Below are positions 14,101 to 27,400 of a DNA stretch of 64,000 nt, piece by piece. The stretch lies in the NCBI RefSeq assembly GCF_009914755.1, contig NC_060925.1; one strand, written 5' to 3'. The translations under genes were made by a program, and so were the position numbers. The stretch's first letter is position 1. Every line of letters begins with the position of its first letter. The notes beneath the pieces are model-generated. The model saw only the letters and a list, made by a program, of their open reading frames with translations. It was not told where the DNA came from and did no database searches. The DNA is from the human T2T-CHM13v2.0 reference genome, Homo sapiens.

Positions 14101-16879
14101 AAACGGAATTATCGAATGGAATCGAATAGAATCATGGAATGGACCCGAATGGAATCATCTAATGGAATGGAATGGAATAATCCACGGACTCGAATGCAAT
14201 CATCGTCGAATGGAATCGAATGGAATCATCGAATGGACTCGAATGGAATAATCATTGAACAGAATCGAATGGAATCATCATCGGATGGAAACGAATGGAA
14301 TCATCATCGAATGGAAATGAAAGGAGTCATCATCTAATGGAATTGCATGGAATCATCATCAAATGGAATCGAATGGAATCAACATCAAATGGAATCAAAT
14401 GGAATCATTGAACGGAATTGAATGGAATCGTCATCGAATGAATTGAATGCAATCATCGAATGGTCTCGAGTGGAATCATCTTCAAATGGAATGGAATGGA
14501 ATCATCGCATAGAATCGAATGGAATTATCATCGAATGGAATCGAATGGTATCAACATCAAACGGAAAAAAACGGAATTATCGAATGGAATCGAAGAGAAT
14601 CTTCGAACGGACCCGAATGGAATCATCTAATGGAATGGAATGGAATAATCCATGGACTGGAAGGCAATCATCATTGAACGGAATCGAAAGGAATCATCAT
14701 CGGATGGAAACGAATGGAATCATCATCGAATGGAAATGAAAGGAGTCATCATCTAATGGAATTGCATCGAATCATCATAAAATGGAATCGAATGGAATCA
14801 ACATCAAATGGAATCAAATGGAATCATTGAACGGAATTGAATGGAATCGTCATCGAATGAATTGAATGCAATCATCGAATGGTCTCGAATGGAATCATCT
14901 TCAAATGGAATGGAATGGAATCATCGCATAGAATCGAATGGAATTATCATCGAATGGAATCGAATGGAATCAACATCAAACGGAAAAAAACGGAATTATC
15001 GAATGGAATCGAATAGAATCATCGAATGGACCCGAATGGAATCATCTAATGGAATGGAATGGAATAATCCGTGGACTCGAATGCAATCATCATCGAATAT
15101 AATCGAATGGAATCATCCAATGGACTCGAATGGAATAATCATTGAACGGAATCGAATGGAATCATCATCGGATGGAAATGAATGGAATCATCATCGAATG
15201 GAATCGAATAGAATTATGGAATGAAATCCAGTGTGATCATCATCGAATGGACCCGAATGGAATCATCATCCAACGAATGCTAATGGAATCAACATCGAAT
15301 GAATCAAATGGAAACACCATCGAATTGAAACGAATGGAATTACCATGAAATTGAAATGGATGGACTCATCATCGAATGGATTCGAATGGAATCATCGAAT
15401 AAAATTGATTGAAATCATCATCGAATGGAATCGAATGGATTCATTGAATGGAATCAGATGGAATCATCGAATGGACTGGAATGGAATCATTGAATGGACA
15501 CGAAAGAGATCATGATTGAATGGAATTGAATGGAATCATCGAATGGTCTCGATTGGAATCATTATCAAATGGAATCGAATGGAATCACCGAATAGAATCG
15601 AATGGAACAATCATCGAATGGACTCAAATGGAATTATCCTCAAATGGAATGGAATGGAATTATCGAATGCAATCGAATGGAATTATCGAATGCAATCGAA
15701 TAGAATCATCGAATGGACTCGAATGGAATCATCGAATGGAATGGAATGGAACAGTCAATGAACTCGAATGGAATCATCATTGAATGGAATCGAATGGAAT
15801 CATCGAGTGGAATCGAATGGAATTATGATCAAATGGAATCGAATGTAATCATCATCAAATGGAATCAAAAATAACCATCATCAATTGGTAATGAATGGAA
15901 TTGTCATCAAATGGAATTCAAAGGAATCATCATCAAATGGAACCGAATGGAATCCTCATTGAATGGAAATGAAAGGGGTCATCATCTAATGGAATCGCAT
16001 GGAATCATCATCAAATGGAATCGAATGGAATCATCATCAAATGGAATCTAATGGAATCATTGAACAGAATTGAATGGAATCGTCATCGAATGAATTGAAT
16101 GCAATCATCGAATGGTCTCGAATGGAATCATCTTCTAATGGAAAGGAATGGAATCATCGCATAGAATCGAATGGAATTATCATCGAATGGAATCGAATGG
16201 GATCAACACCAAACGGAAAAAAACGGAATTATCGAATGGAATCGAAGAGAATCTTCGAACGGACCCGAATGAAATCATCTAATGGAATGGAATGGAATAA
16301 TCCATGGACTCGAATGCAATCATCATCGAATGGAATCAAATGGAATCATCGAATCGACTCGAATGGAATAATCATTGAACGGAATCGAATGGAATCATCA
16401 TCGGATGGAAACGAATGGAATCATCATCGAATGGAAATGAAAGGAGTCATCATCTAATGGAATTGCAAGGAATCATCATAAAATGGATTCGAATGGAATC
16501 AACATCAAATGGAATCAAATGGAATCATTGAACGGAATTGAATGGAATCGTCATCGAATGAATTGAATGCAATCATCGAATGGTCTCGAAGGGAATCATC
16601 TTCAAATGGAATGGAATGGAATCATCGCATAGAATCGAATGGAATTATCATCGAATGGAATCGAATGGAATCAACATCAAACGGAAAAAAACGGAATTAT
16701 CGAATGGAATCGAAGAGAATCATCGAATGGACCCGAATGGAATCATCTAATGGAATGGAATGGAATAATCCATGGACTCGAATGCAATCATCGTCAAATG
16801 GAATCGAATGGAATCATCGAATGGATTCGAATGGAATAATCATTGAACGGAATCGAATGGAATCATCATCGGATGGAAA
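3276..16879 (+). repeat. ~6.27-kb direct repeat (3276-9549 and 10606-16879; offset 7,330 bp) flanking a ~1.06-kb rearranged spacer
   Basis: Matching ORF translations at +7330 (3593/10923, 4528/11858, 5626/12956, 8190/15520, 8744/16074) and shared rare variants (TATGAACAAATGGAATCTA, GAATCGAAAATAAC, GGTAATG, GGGATCAACACC, TTGCAAGG). Confidence 0.9.
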
Positions 16880-19800
16880 TGAATGGAATCATCATCGAAT
16901 GGAATCGAATAGAATTATGGAATGAAATCCAGTGTGATCATCATCGAATGGACCCGAATGGAATCATCATCCAACGGAAGCTAATGGAATCAACATCGAA
17001 TGAATCAAATGGAAACACCATCGAATTGAAACGAATGGAATTACCATGAAATTGAAATGGATGGACTCATCATCGAATGGATTCGAATGGAATCATCGAA
17101 TAAAATTGATTCAAAACATCATCGAATGGAATCGAATGGTATCATTGAATGGAATCGAATGGAATCATCATCAGATGGAAATGAATGGAATCGTCATAGA
17201 ATGGAATCGAATGGATTCATTGAATGGAATCAGAATGAATCATCGAATGGACTGGAATGGAATCATTGAATGGACTCGAAAGGGATCATGATTGAATGGA
17301 ATTGAATGGAATCATCGAATGGTCTCGATTGGAATCATTATCAAATGGAATCGAATGGAATCACCGAATAGAATCGAATGGAACAATCATCGAATGGACT
17401 CAAATGGAATTATCCTCAAATGGAATCGAATGGAATTATCGAATGCAATCGAATGGAATTATCAAATGCAATCGAATAGAATCATCGAATGGACTCGAAT
17501 GGAATCATCGAATGGAATGGAATGGAACAGTCAATGAACTCGAATGGAATCATCATTGAATGGAATCGAATGGAATCATCGAGTGGAATCGAATGGAATT
17601 ATGATCAAATGGAATCGAATGTAATCATCATCAAATGGAATCAAAAATAACCATCATCAATTGGTATTGAATGGAATTGTCATCAAATGGAATTCAAAGG
17701 AATCATCATCAAATGGAACCGAATGGAATCCTCATTGAATGGAAATGAAAGGGGTCATCATCTAATGGAATCGCATGGAATCATCATCAAATGGAATCGA
17801 ATGGAATCATCATCAAATGGAATCTAATGGAATCATTGAAAAGAATTGAATGGAATCGTCATCGAATGATTTGAATGCAATCATCGAATGGTCTCGAATG
17901 GAATCATCTTCTAATGGAAAGGAATGGAATCATCGCATAGAATCGAATGGAATTATCATCGAATGGAATCGTATGGTATCAACACCAAACGGAAAAAAAC
18001 GGAATTATCGAATGGAATCGAAGAGAATCTTCGAACGGACCCGAATGGAATCATCTAATGGAATGGAATGGAATAATCCATGGACTCGAATGCAATCATC
18101 ATCGAATGGAATCGAATGGAATCATCGAATGGACTCGAATGGAATAATCATTGAACGGAATCGAATGGAATCATCATCGGATGGAAATGAATGGAATCAT
18201 CATCGAATGGAATCGAATAGAATTATGGAATGAAATCCAGTGTGATCATCATCGAATGGACCCGAATGGAATCATCATCCAACGGAAGCTAATGGAATCA
18301 ACATCGAATGAATCAAATGGAAACACCATCGAATTGAAACGAATGGAATTATCATGAAATTGAAATGGATGGACTCATCATCGAATGGATTCGAATGGAA
18401 TCATCGAATAAAATTGATTGAAATCATCATCGAATGGAATCGAATGGTATCATTGAATGGAATCGAATGGAATCATCATCAGATGGAAATGAATGGAATC
18501 GTCATAGAATGGAATCGAATGGATTCATTGAATGGAATCAGATGGAATCATCGAATGGACTGGAATGGAATCATTGAATGGACTCGAAAGGGATTATTAT
18601 TGAATGGAATTGAATGGAATCATCGAATGGTCTCGATTGGAATCATTTTCAAATGGAATCGAATGGAATCACCGAATAGAATCGAATGGAACAATCATCG
18701 AATGGACTCAAATGGAATTATCCTCAAATGGAATCGAATGGAATTATCGAATGAAATCGAATGGAATTATCGAATGCAATCGAATAGAATCATCGAATGG
18801 ACTCGAATGGAATCATCGAATGGAATGGAATGGAACAGTCAATGAACTCGAATGGAATCATCATTGAATGGAATCGAATGGAATCATCGAGTGGAATCGA
18901 ACGGAATTATGATCAAATGGAATCGAATGTAATCATCATCAAATGGAATCAAAAATAACCATCATCAATTGGTATTGAATGGAATTGTCATCAAATGGAA
19001 TTCAAAGGAATCATCATCAAATGGAACCGAATGGAATCCTCATTGAATGGAAATGAAAGGGGTCATCATCTAATGGAATCGCATGGAATCATCATCAAAT
19101 GGAATCGAATGGAATCATCATCAAATGGAATCTAATGGAATCATTGAACAGAATTGAATGGAATCGTCATCGAATGAATTGAATGCAGTCATCGAATGGT
19201 CTCGAATGGAATCATCTTCTAATGGAAAGGAATGGAATCATCGCATAGAATCGAATGGAATTATCATCGAATGGAATCGAATGGTATCAACACCAAACGG
19301 AAAAAAACGGAATTATCGAATGGAATCGTAGAGAATCTTCGAACGGACCCGAATGGAATCATCTAATGGAATGGAATGGAATAATCCATGGACTCGAATG
19401 CAATCATCATCGAATGGAATGGAATGGAATCATCGAATGGACTCGAATGGAATAATCATTGAACGGAATCGAATGGAATCATCATCGGATGGAAACGAAT
19501 GGAATCATCATCGAATGGAAATGAAAGGAGTCATCATCTAATGGAATTGCATGGAATCATCATAAAATGGAATCGAATGGAATCAACATCAAATGGAATC
19601 AAACGGAATCATTGAACGGAATTGAATGGAATCGTCATCGAATGAATTGAATGCAATCATCGAATGGTCTCGAATGGAATCATCTTCAAATGGAATGGAA
19701 TGGAATCATCGCATAGAATCGAATGGAATTATCATCGAATGGAATCGAATGGAATCAACATCAATCGGAAAAAAACGGAATTATCGAATGGAATCGAAGA

Positions 19801-22800
19801 GAATCATCGAATGGACCCGAATGGAATCATCTAATGGTATGGAATGGAATAATCCATGGACTCGAATGCAATCATCATCAAATGGAATCGAATGGAATCA
19901 TCGAACGGATTCGAATGGAATAATCATTGAACGGAATCGAATGGAATCATCATCGGATGGTAATGAATGGAATCATCATCGAATGGAATCGAATAGAATT
20001 ATGGAATGAAATCCAGTGTGATCATCATCGAATGGACCCGAATGGAATCATCATCCAACGGAAGCTAATGGAATCAACATCGAATGAATCAAATGGAAAC
20101 ACCATCGAATTGAAACGAATGGAATTACCATGAAATTGAAATGGATGGACTCATCATCGAATGGATTCGGATGGAATCATCGAATAAAATTGATTGAAAT
20201 CATCATCGAATGGAATCGAATGGTATCATTGAATGGAATCGAATGGAATCATCATCAGATGGAAATGAATGGAATCGTCATAGAATGGAATCGAATGGAT
20301 TCATTGAATGGAATCAGAACGAATCATCGAATGGACTGGAATGGAATCATTGAATGGACTCGAAAGGGATCATGATTGAATGGAATTGAATGGAATCATC
20401 GAATGGTCTCGATTGGAATCATTATCAAATGGAATCGAATGGAATCACCGAATAGAATCGAATGGAACAATCATCGAATGGACTCAAATGGAATTATCCT
20501 CAAATGGAATCGAATGGAATTATCGAATGCAATCGAATGGAATTATCGAATGCAATCGAATAGAATCATCGAATGGACTCGAATGGAATCATCGAATGGA
20601 ATGGAATGGAACAGTCAATGAACTCGAATGGAATCATCATTGAATGGAATCGAATGGAATCATCGAGTGGAATCGAATGGAATTATGATCAAATGGAATC
20701 GAATGTAATCATCATCAAATGGAATCAAAAATAACCATCATCAATTGGTATTGAATGGAATTGTCATCAAATGGAATTCAAAGGAATCATCATCAAATGG
20801 AACCGAATGGAATCCTCATTGAATGGAAATGAAAGGGGTCATCATCTAATGGAATCGCATGGAATCATCATCAAATGGAATCGAATGGAATCATCATCAA
20901 ATGGAATCTAATGGAATCATTGAAAAGAATTGAATGGAATCGTCATCGAATGAATTGAATGCAATCATCGAATGGTCTCGAATGGAATCATCTTCTAATG
21001 GGAAGGAATGGAATCATCGCATAGAATCGAATGGAATTATCATCGAATGGAATCGAATGGTATCAACACCAAACGGAAAAAAACGGAATTATCGAATGGA
21101 ATCGAAGAGAATCTTCGAACGGACCCGAATGGAATCATCTAATGGAATGGAATGGAATAATCCATGGACTCGAATGCAATCATCATCGAATGGAATCGAA
21201 TGGAATCATCGAATGGACTCGAATGGAATAATCACTGAACGGAATCGAATGGAATCATCATCGGATGGAAATGAATGGAATCATCATCGAATGGAATCGA
21301 ATAGAATTATGGAATGAAATCCAGTGTGATCATCATCGAATGGACCCGAATGGAATCATCATCCAACGGAAGCTAATGGAATCAACATCGAATGAATCAA
21401 ATGGAAACACCATCGAATTGAAACGAATGGAATTATCATGAAATTGAAATGGATGGACTCATCATCGAATGGATTCGAATGGAATCATCGAATAAAATTG
21501 ATTGAAATCATCATCCAATGGAATCGAATGGTATCATTGAATGGAATCGAATGGAATCATCATCAGATGGAAATGAATGGAATCGTCATAGAATGGAATC
21601 GAATGGATTCATTGAATGGAATCAGATGGAATCATCGAATGGACTGGAATGGAATCATTGAATGGACTCGAAAGGGATCATTATTGAATGGAATTGAATG
21701 AAATCATCGAATGGTCTCGATTGGAATCATTATCAAATGGAATCGAATGGAATCACCGAATAGAATCGAATGGAACAATCATCGAATGGACTCAAATGGA
21801 AGTATCCTCAAATGGAATCGAATGGAATTATCGAATGCAATCGAATGGAATTATCGAATGCAATCGAATAGAATCATCGAATGGACTCGAATGAATCATC
21901 GAATGGAATGGAATGGAACAGTCAATGAACTCGAATGGAATCATCATTGAATGGAATCGAATGGAATCATCGAGTGGAATCGAATGGAATTATGATCAAA
22001 TGGAATCGAATGTAATCATCATCAAATGGAATCAAAAATAACCATCATCAATTGGTATTGAATGGAATTGTCATCAAATGGAATTCAAAGGAATCATCAT
22101 CAAATGGAACCGAATGGAATCCTCATTGAATGGAAATGAAAGGGGTCATCATCTAATGGAATCGCATGGAATCATCATCAAATGGAATCGAATGGAATCA
22201 TCATCAAATGGAATCTAATGGAATCATTGAACAGAATTGAATGGAATCGTCATCGAATGAATTGAATGCAATCATCGAATGGTCTCGAATGGAATCATCT
22301 TCTAATGGAAAGGAATGGAATCATCGCATAGAATCGAATGGAATTATCATCGAATGGCATCGAATGGTATCAACACCAAACGGAAATAAACGGAGTTATC
22401 GAATGGAATCGAAGAGAATCTTCGAACGGACCCGAATGGAATCATCTAATGGAATGGAATGGAATAATCCATGGACTCGAATGCAATCATCGTCGAATGG
22501 AATCGAATGGAATCATTGAATGGACTCGAATGGAATAATCATTGAACGGAATCGAATGGAATCATCATCGGATGGAAACGAATGGAATCATCATCGAATG
22601 GAAATGAAAGGAGTCATCATCTAATGGAATTGCATGGAATCATCATAAAATGGAATCGAATGGAATCAACATCAAATGGAATCAAATGGAATCATTGAAC
22701 GGAATTGAATGGAATCGTCATCGAATGAATTGACTGCAATCATCGAATGGTCTCGAATGGAATCATCTTCAAATGGAATGGAATGGAATCATCACATAGA

Positions 22801-23462
22801 ATCGAATGGAATTATCATCGAATGGAATCGAATGGAATCAACATCAAACGGAAAAAAACGGAATTATCGAATGGAATCGAAGAGAATCATCGAATGGACC
22901 CGAATGGAATCATCTAATGGAATGGAATGGAATAATCCATGGACTCGAATGCAATCATCATCGAATGGAATCGAATGGAATCATCGAATGGACTCGAATG
23001 GAGTAATCATTGAACGGAATCGAATGGAATCATCATCGGATGGAAATGAATGGAATCATCATCGAATGGAATCGAATAGAATTATGGAATGAAATCCAGT
23101 GTGATCATCATCGAATGGACCCGAATGGAATCATCATCCACCGGAAGCTAATGGAATCAACATCGAATGAATCGAATGGAAACACCATCGAATTGAAACG
23201 AATGGAATTATCATGAAATTGAAATGGATGGACTCATCATCGAATGGATTCGAATGGAATCATCGAATAAAATTGATTGAAATCATCATCCAATGGAATC
23301 GAATGGTATCATTGAATGGAATCGAATGGAATCATCATCAGATGGAAATGAATGGAATCGTCATAGAATGGAATCGAATGGATTCATTGAATGGAATCAG
23401 ATGGAATCATCGAATGGACTGGAATGGAATCATTGAATGGACCCGAATGGGATCATGATTGA
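15520..23462 (+). repeat. Alternating 1776/1308-bp units forming a 3,084-bp dimeric period (~2.6 copies)
   Basis: Landmark spacings 1776, 1308, 1776, 1308, 1775. 1308 = 1776 - 468 (one sub-repeat lost). Variants recur at +3084: TGAAAAGAATT (~17838/20921), TTATTGAATG (~18597/21681), CAGAA(T/C)GAATC (17231/20315). Confidence 0.85.
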
Positions 23463-24499
23463 ATGGAATTGAATGGAATCATCGAATGGTCTCGATTGGA
23501 ATCATTATCAAATGGAATCGAATGGAATCACCGAATAGAATCGAATGGAACAATCATCGAATGGACTCAAATGGAATTATCCTCAAATGGAATCGAATGG
23601 AATTATCGAATGCAATCGAATGGAATTATCGAATGCAATCGAATAGAATCATCGAAAGGACTCGAATGGAATCAGCGAATGGAATGGAATGGAACAGTCA
23701 ATGAACTCGAATGGAATCATCATTGAATGGAATCGAATGGAATCATCGAGTGGAATCGAATGGAATTATGATCAAATGGAATCGAATGTAATCATCATCA
23801 AATGGAATCAAAAATAACCATCATCAATTGGTATTGAATGGAATTGTCATCAAATGGAATTCAAAGGAATCATCATCAAATGGAACCGAATGGAATCCTC
23901 ATTGAATGGAAATGAAAGGGGTCATCATCTAATGGAATCGCATGGAATCATCATCAAATGGAATCGAATGGAATCATCATCAAATGGAATCTAATGGAAT
24001 CATTGAACAGAATTGAATGGAATCGTCATCGAATGAATTGAATGCAATCATCGAATGGTCTCGAATGGAATCATCTTCTAATGGAAAGGAATGGAATCAT
24101 CGCATAGAATCGAATGGAATTAACATTGAATGGACTCGAATGGAATCAACATCAAACGGAATCAAGCGGAATTATCGAATGGAATCGAAGAGAATCATCG
24201 AATGGACTCGAATGGAATAATCTAATGGAATTGAATGGAATAATCCACGGACTCGAATGCAATCATCATCGTATAGAATCGAATGGAATCATCGAATGGA
24301 CTCGAATGGAATAATCATTGAACGGAATCGAATGGAATCATCATCGGATGGAAACGAATGGAATCATCATGGAATGGAAATGAAAGGAGTCATCATCTAA
24401 TGGAATTGCATGGAATCATCATCAAATGGAATCGAATGGAATCAACAGCAAATGGAATCAAATGGAATCATTGAACGGAATTGAATGGAATCGTCATAG

Positions 24500-27400
24500 A
24501 ATGAATTGAATGCAATCATCGAATGGTCTCGAGTGGAATCATCTTCAAATGGAATGGAATGGAATCATCGCATAGAATCGAATGGAATTATCATCGAATG
24601 GAATCGAATGGTATCAACATCAAACGGAAAAAAACGGAATTATCGAATGGAATCGAAGAGAATCTTCGAACGGACCCGAATGGAATCATCTAATGGAATG
24701 GAATGGAATAATCCATGGACTGGAAGGCAATCATCATTGAACGGAATCGAAAGGAATCATCATCGGATGGAAACGAATGGAATCATCATCGAATGGAAAT
24801 GAAAGGAGTCATCATCTAATGGAATTGCATGGAATCATCATAAAATGGAATCGAATGGAATCAACATCAAATGGAATCAAATGGAATCATTGAACGGAAT
24901 TGAATGGAATCGTCATCGAATGAATTGAATGCAATCATCGAATGGTCTCGAATGGAATCATCTTCAAATGGAATGGAATGGAATCATCGCATAGAATCGA
25001 ATGGAATTATCATCGAATGGAATCGAATGGAATCAACATCAAACGGAAAAAAACGGAATTATCGAATGGAATCGAATAGAATCATCGAATGGACCCGAAT
25101 GGAATCATCTAATGGAATGGAATGGAATAATCCGTGGACTCGAATGCAATCATCATCGAATGTAATCGAATGGAATCATCCAATGGACTCGAATGGAATA
25201 ATCATTGAACGGAATCGAATGGAATCATCATCGGATGGAAATGAATGGAATCATCATCGAATGGAATCGAATAGAATTATGGAATGAAATCCAGTGTGAT
25301 CATCACCGAATGGACCCGAATGGAATCATCATCCAACGAATGCTAATGGAATCAACATCGAATGAATCAAATGGAAACACCATCGAATTGAAACGAATGG
25401 AATTACCATGAAATTGAAATGGATGGACTCATCATCGAATGGATTCGAATGGAATCATCGAATAAAATTGATTGAAATCATCATCGAATGGAATCGAATG
25501 GATTCATTGAATGGAATCAGATGGAATCATCGAATGGACTGGAATGGAATAATTGAATGGACACGAAAGAGATCATGATTGAATGGAATTGAATGGAATC
25601 ATCGAATGGTGTCGATTGGAATCATTATCAAATGGAATCGAATGGAATCACCGAATAGAATCGAATGGAACAATCATCGAATGGACTCAAATGGAATTAT
25701 CCTCAAATGGAATGGAATGGAATTATCGAATGCAATCGAATGGAATTATCGAATGCAATCGAATAGAATCATTGAATGGACTCGAATGGAATAATCATTG
25801 AACGGAATCGAATGGAATCATCATCGGATGGAAACGAATGGAATCATCATCGAATGGAAATGAAAGGAGTCATCATCTAATGGAATTGCATGGAATCATC
25901 ATAAAATGGAATCGAATGGAATCAACATCAAATGGAATCAAATGGAATCATTGAACGGAATTGAATGGAATCGTCATCGAATGAATTGAATGCAATCATC
26001 GAATGGTCTCGAATGGAATCATCTTCAAATGGAATGGAATGGAATCATCGCATAGAATCGAGTGGAATTATCATCGAATGGAGTCGAATGGAATCAACAT
26101 CAAACGGAAAAAAACGGAATTATCGAATGGAATCGAAGAGAATCTTCGAACGGACCCGAATGGAATCACCTAATGGAATGGAATGGAATAATCTATGGAC
26201 TCGAATGCAATCATCATCGAATGGAATCATCAAATGGACTCGAATGGAATAATCATTGAACGGAATCGAATGGAATCATCATCAGATGGAAATGAATGGA
26301 ATCATCATCGAATGGAATCGAATAGAATTATGGAATGAAATCCAGTGTGATCATCATCGAATGGACCCAAATGGAATCATCATCCAACGGAATCTAATGG
26401 AATCAACATCGAATGAATTGAATGGAAACACCATCGAATTGAAACGAAAGGAATTATCATGAAATTGAAATGGATGGACTCATCATCGAATGGATTGGAA
26501 TGGAATCATCGAATAAAATTGATTGAAATCATCATCAAATGGAATCGAATGGTATCATTGAATGGAATCGAATGGAATCATCATCAGATGGAAATGAATG
26601 GAATCGTCATAGAATGGAATCGAATGGATTCATTGAATGGAATCAGATGGAATCATCGAATGGACTGGAATGGAATCATTGAATGGACTCGAAAGGGATC
26701 ATTATTGAATGGAATTGAATGGAATCATCGAATGGTCTCGATTGGAATCATTATCAAATGGAAACGAATGGAATCACCGAATAGAATCGAATGGAACAAT
26801 CATCGAATGGACTCAAATGGAATCATCCTCAAATGGAATGGAATGGAATTATCGAATGCAATCGAATAGAATCATCGAATGGACTCGAATGGAATCATCG
26901 AATGGAATGGAATGGAACAGTCAATGAACTCGAATGGAATCATCATTGAATGGAATCGAATGGAATCATCGAGTGGAATCGAATGGAATTATGATCAAAT
27001 GGAATCTAATGTAATAATCATCAAATGGAATCAAAAATAACCATCATCAATTGTTATTGAATGGAATTGTCATCAAATGGAATTCAAAGGAATCATCATC
27101 AAATGGAACCGAATGGAATCCTCATTGAATGGAAATGAAAGGGGTCATCATCTAATGGAATCGCATGGAATCATCATCAAATGGAATCGAATGGAATCAT
27201 CATCAAATGGAATCTGATGGAATCATTGAACAGAATTGAATGGAATCGTCATCGAATGAATTGAATGCAATCATCGAATGGTCTCGAATGGAATCATCTT
27301 CTAATGGAAAGGAATGGAATCATCGCATAGAATCGAATGGAATTAACATTGAATGGACTCGAATGGAATCAACATCAAACGGAATCAAGCGGAATTATCG

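Noticed and set aside
18354-18845. Longest ORFs (163 aa at 18354 and 48651)
   Set aside because: A single TGA>TTA change fuses two adjacent repeat-derived frames; the two copies match only because they lie in the 30.3-kb duplication.
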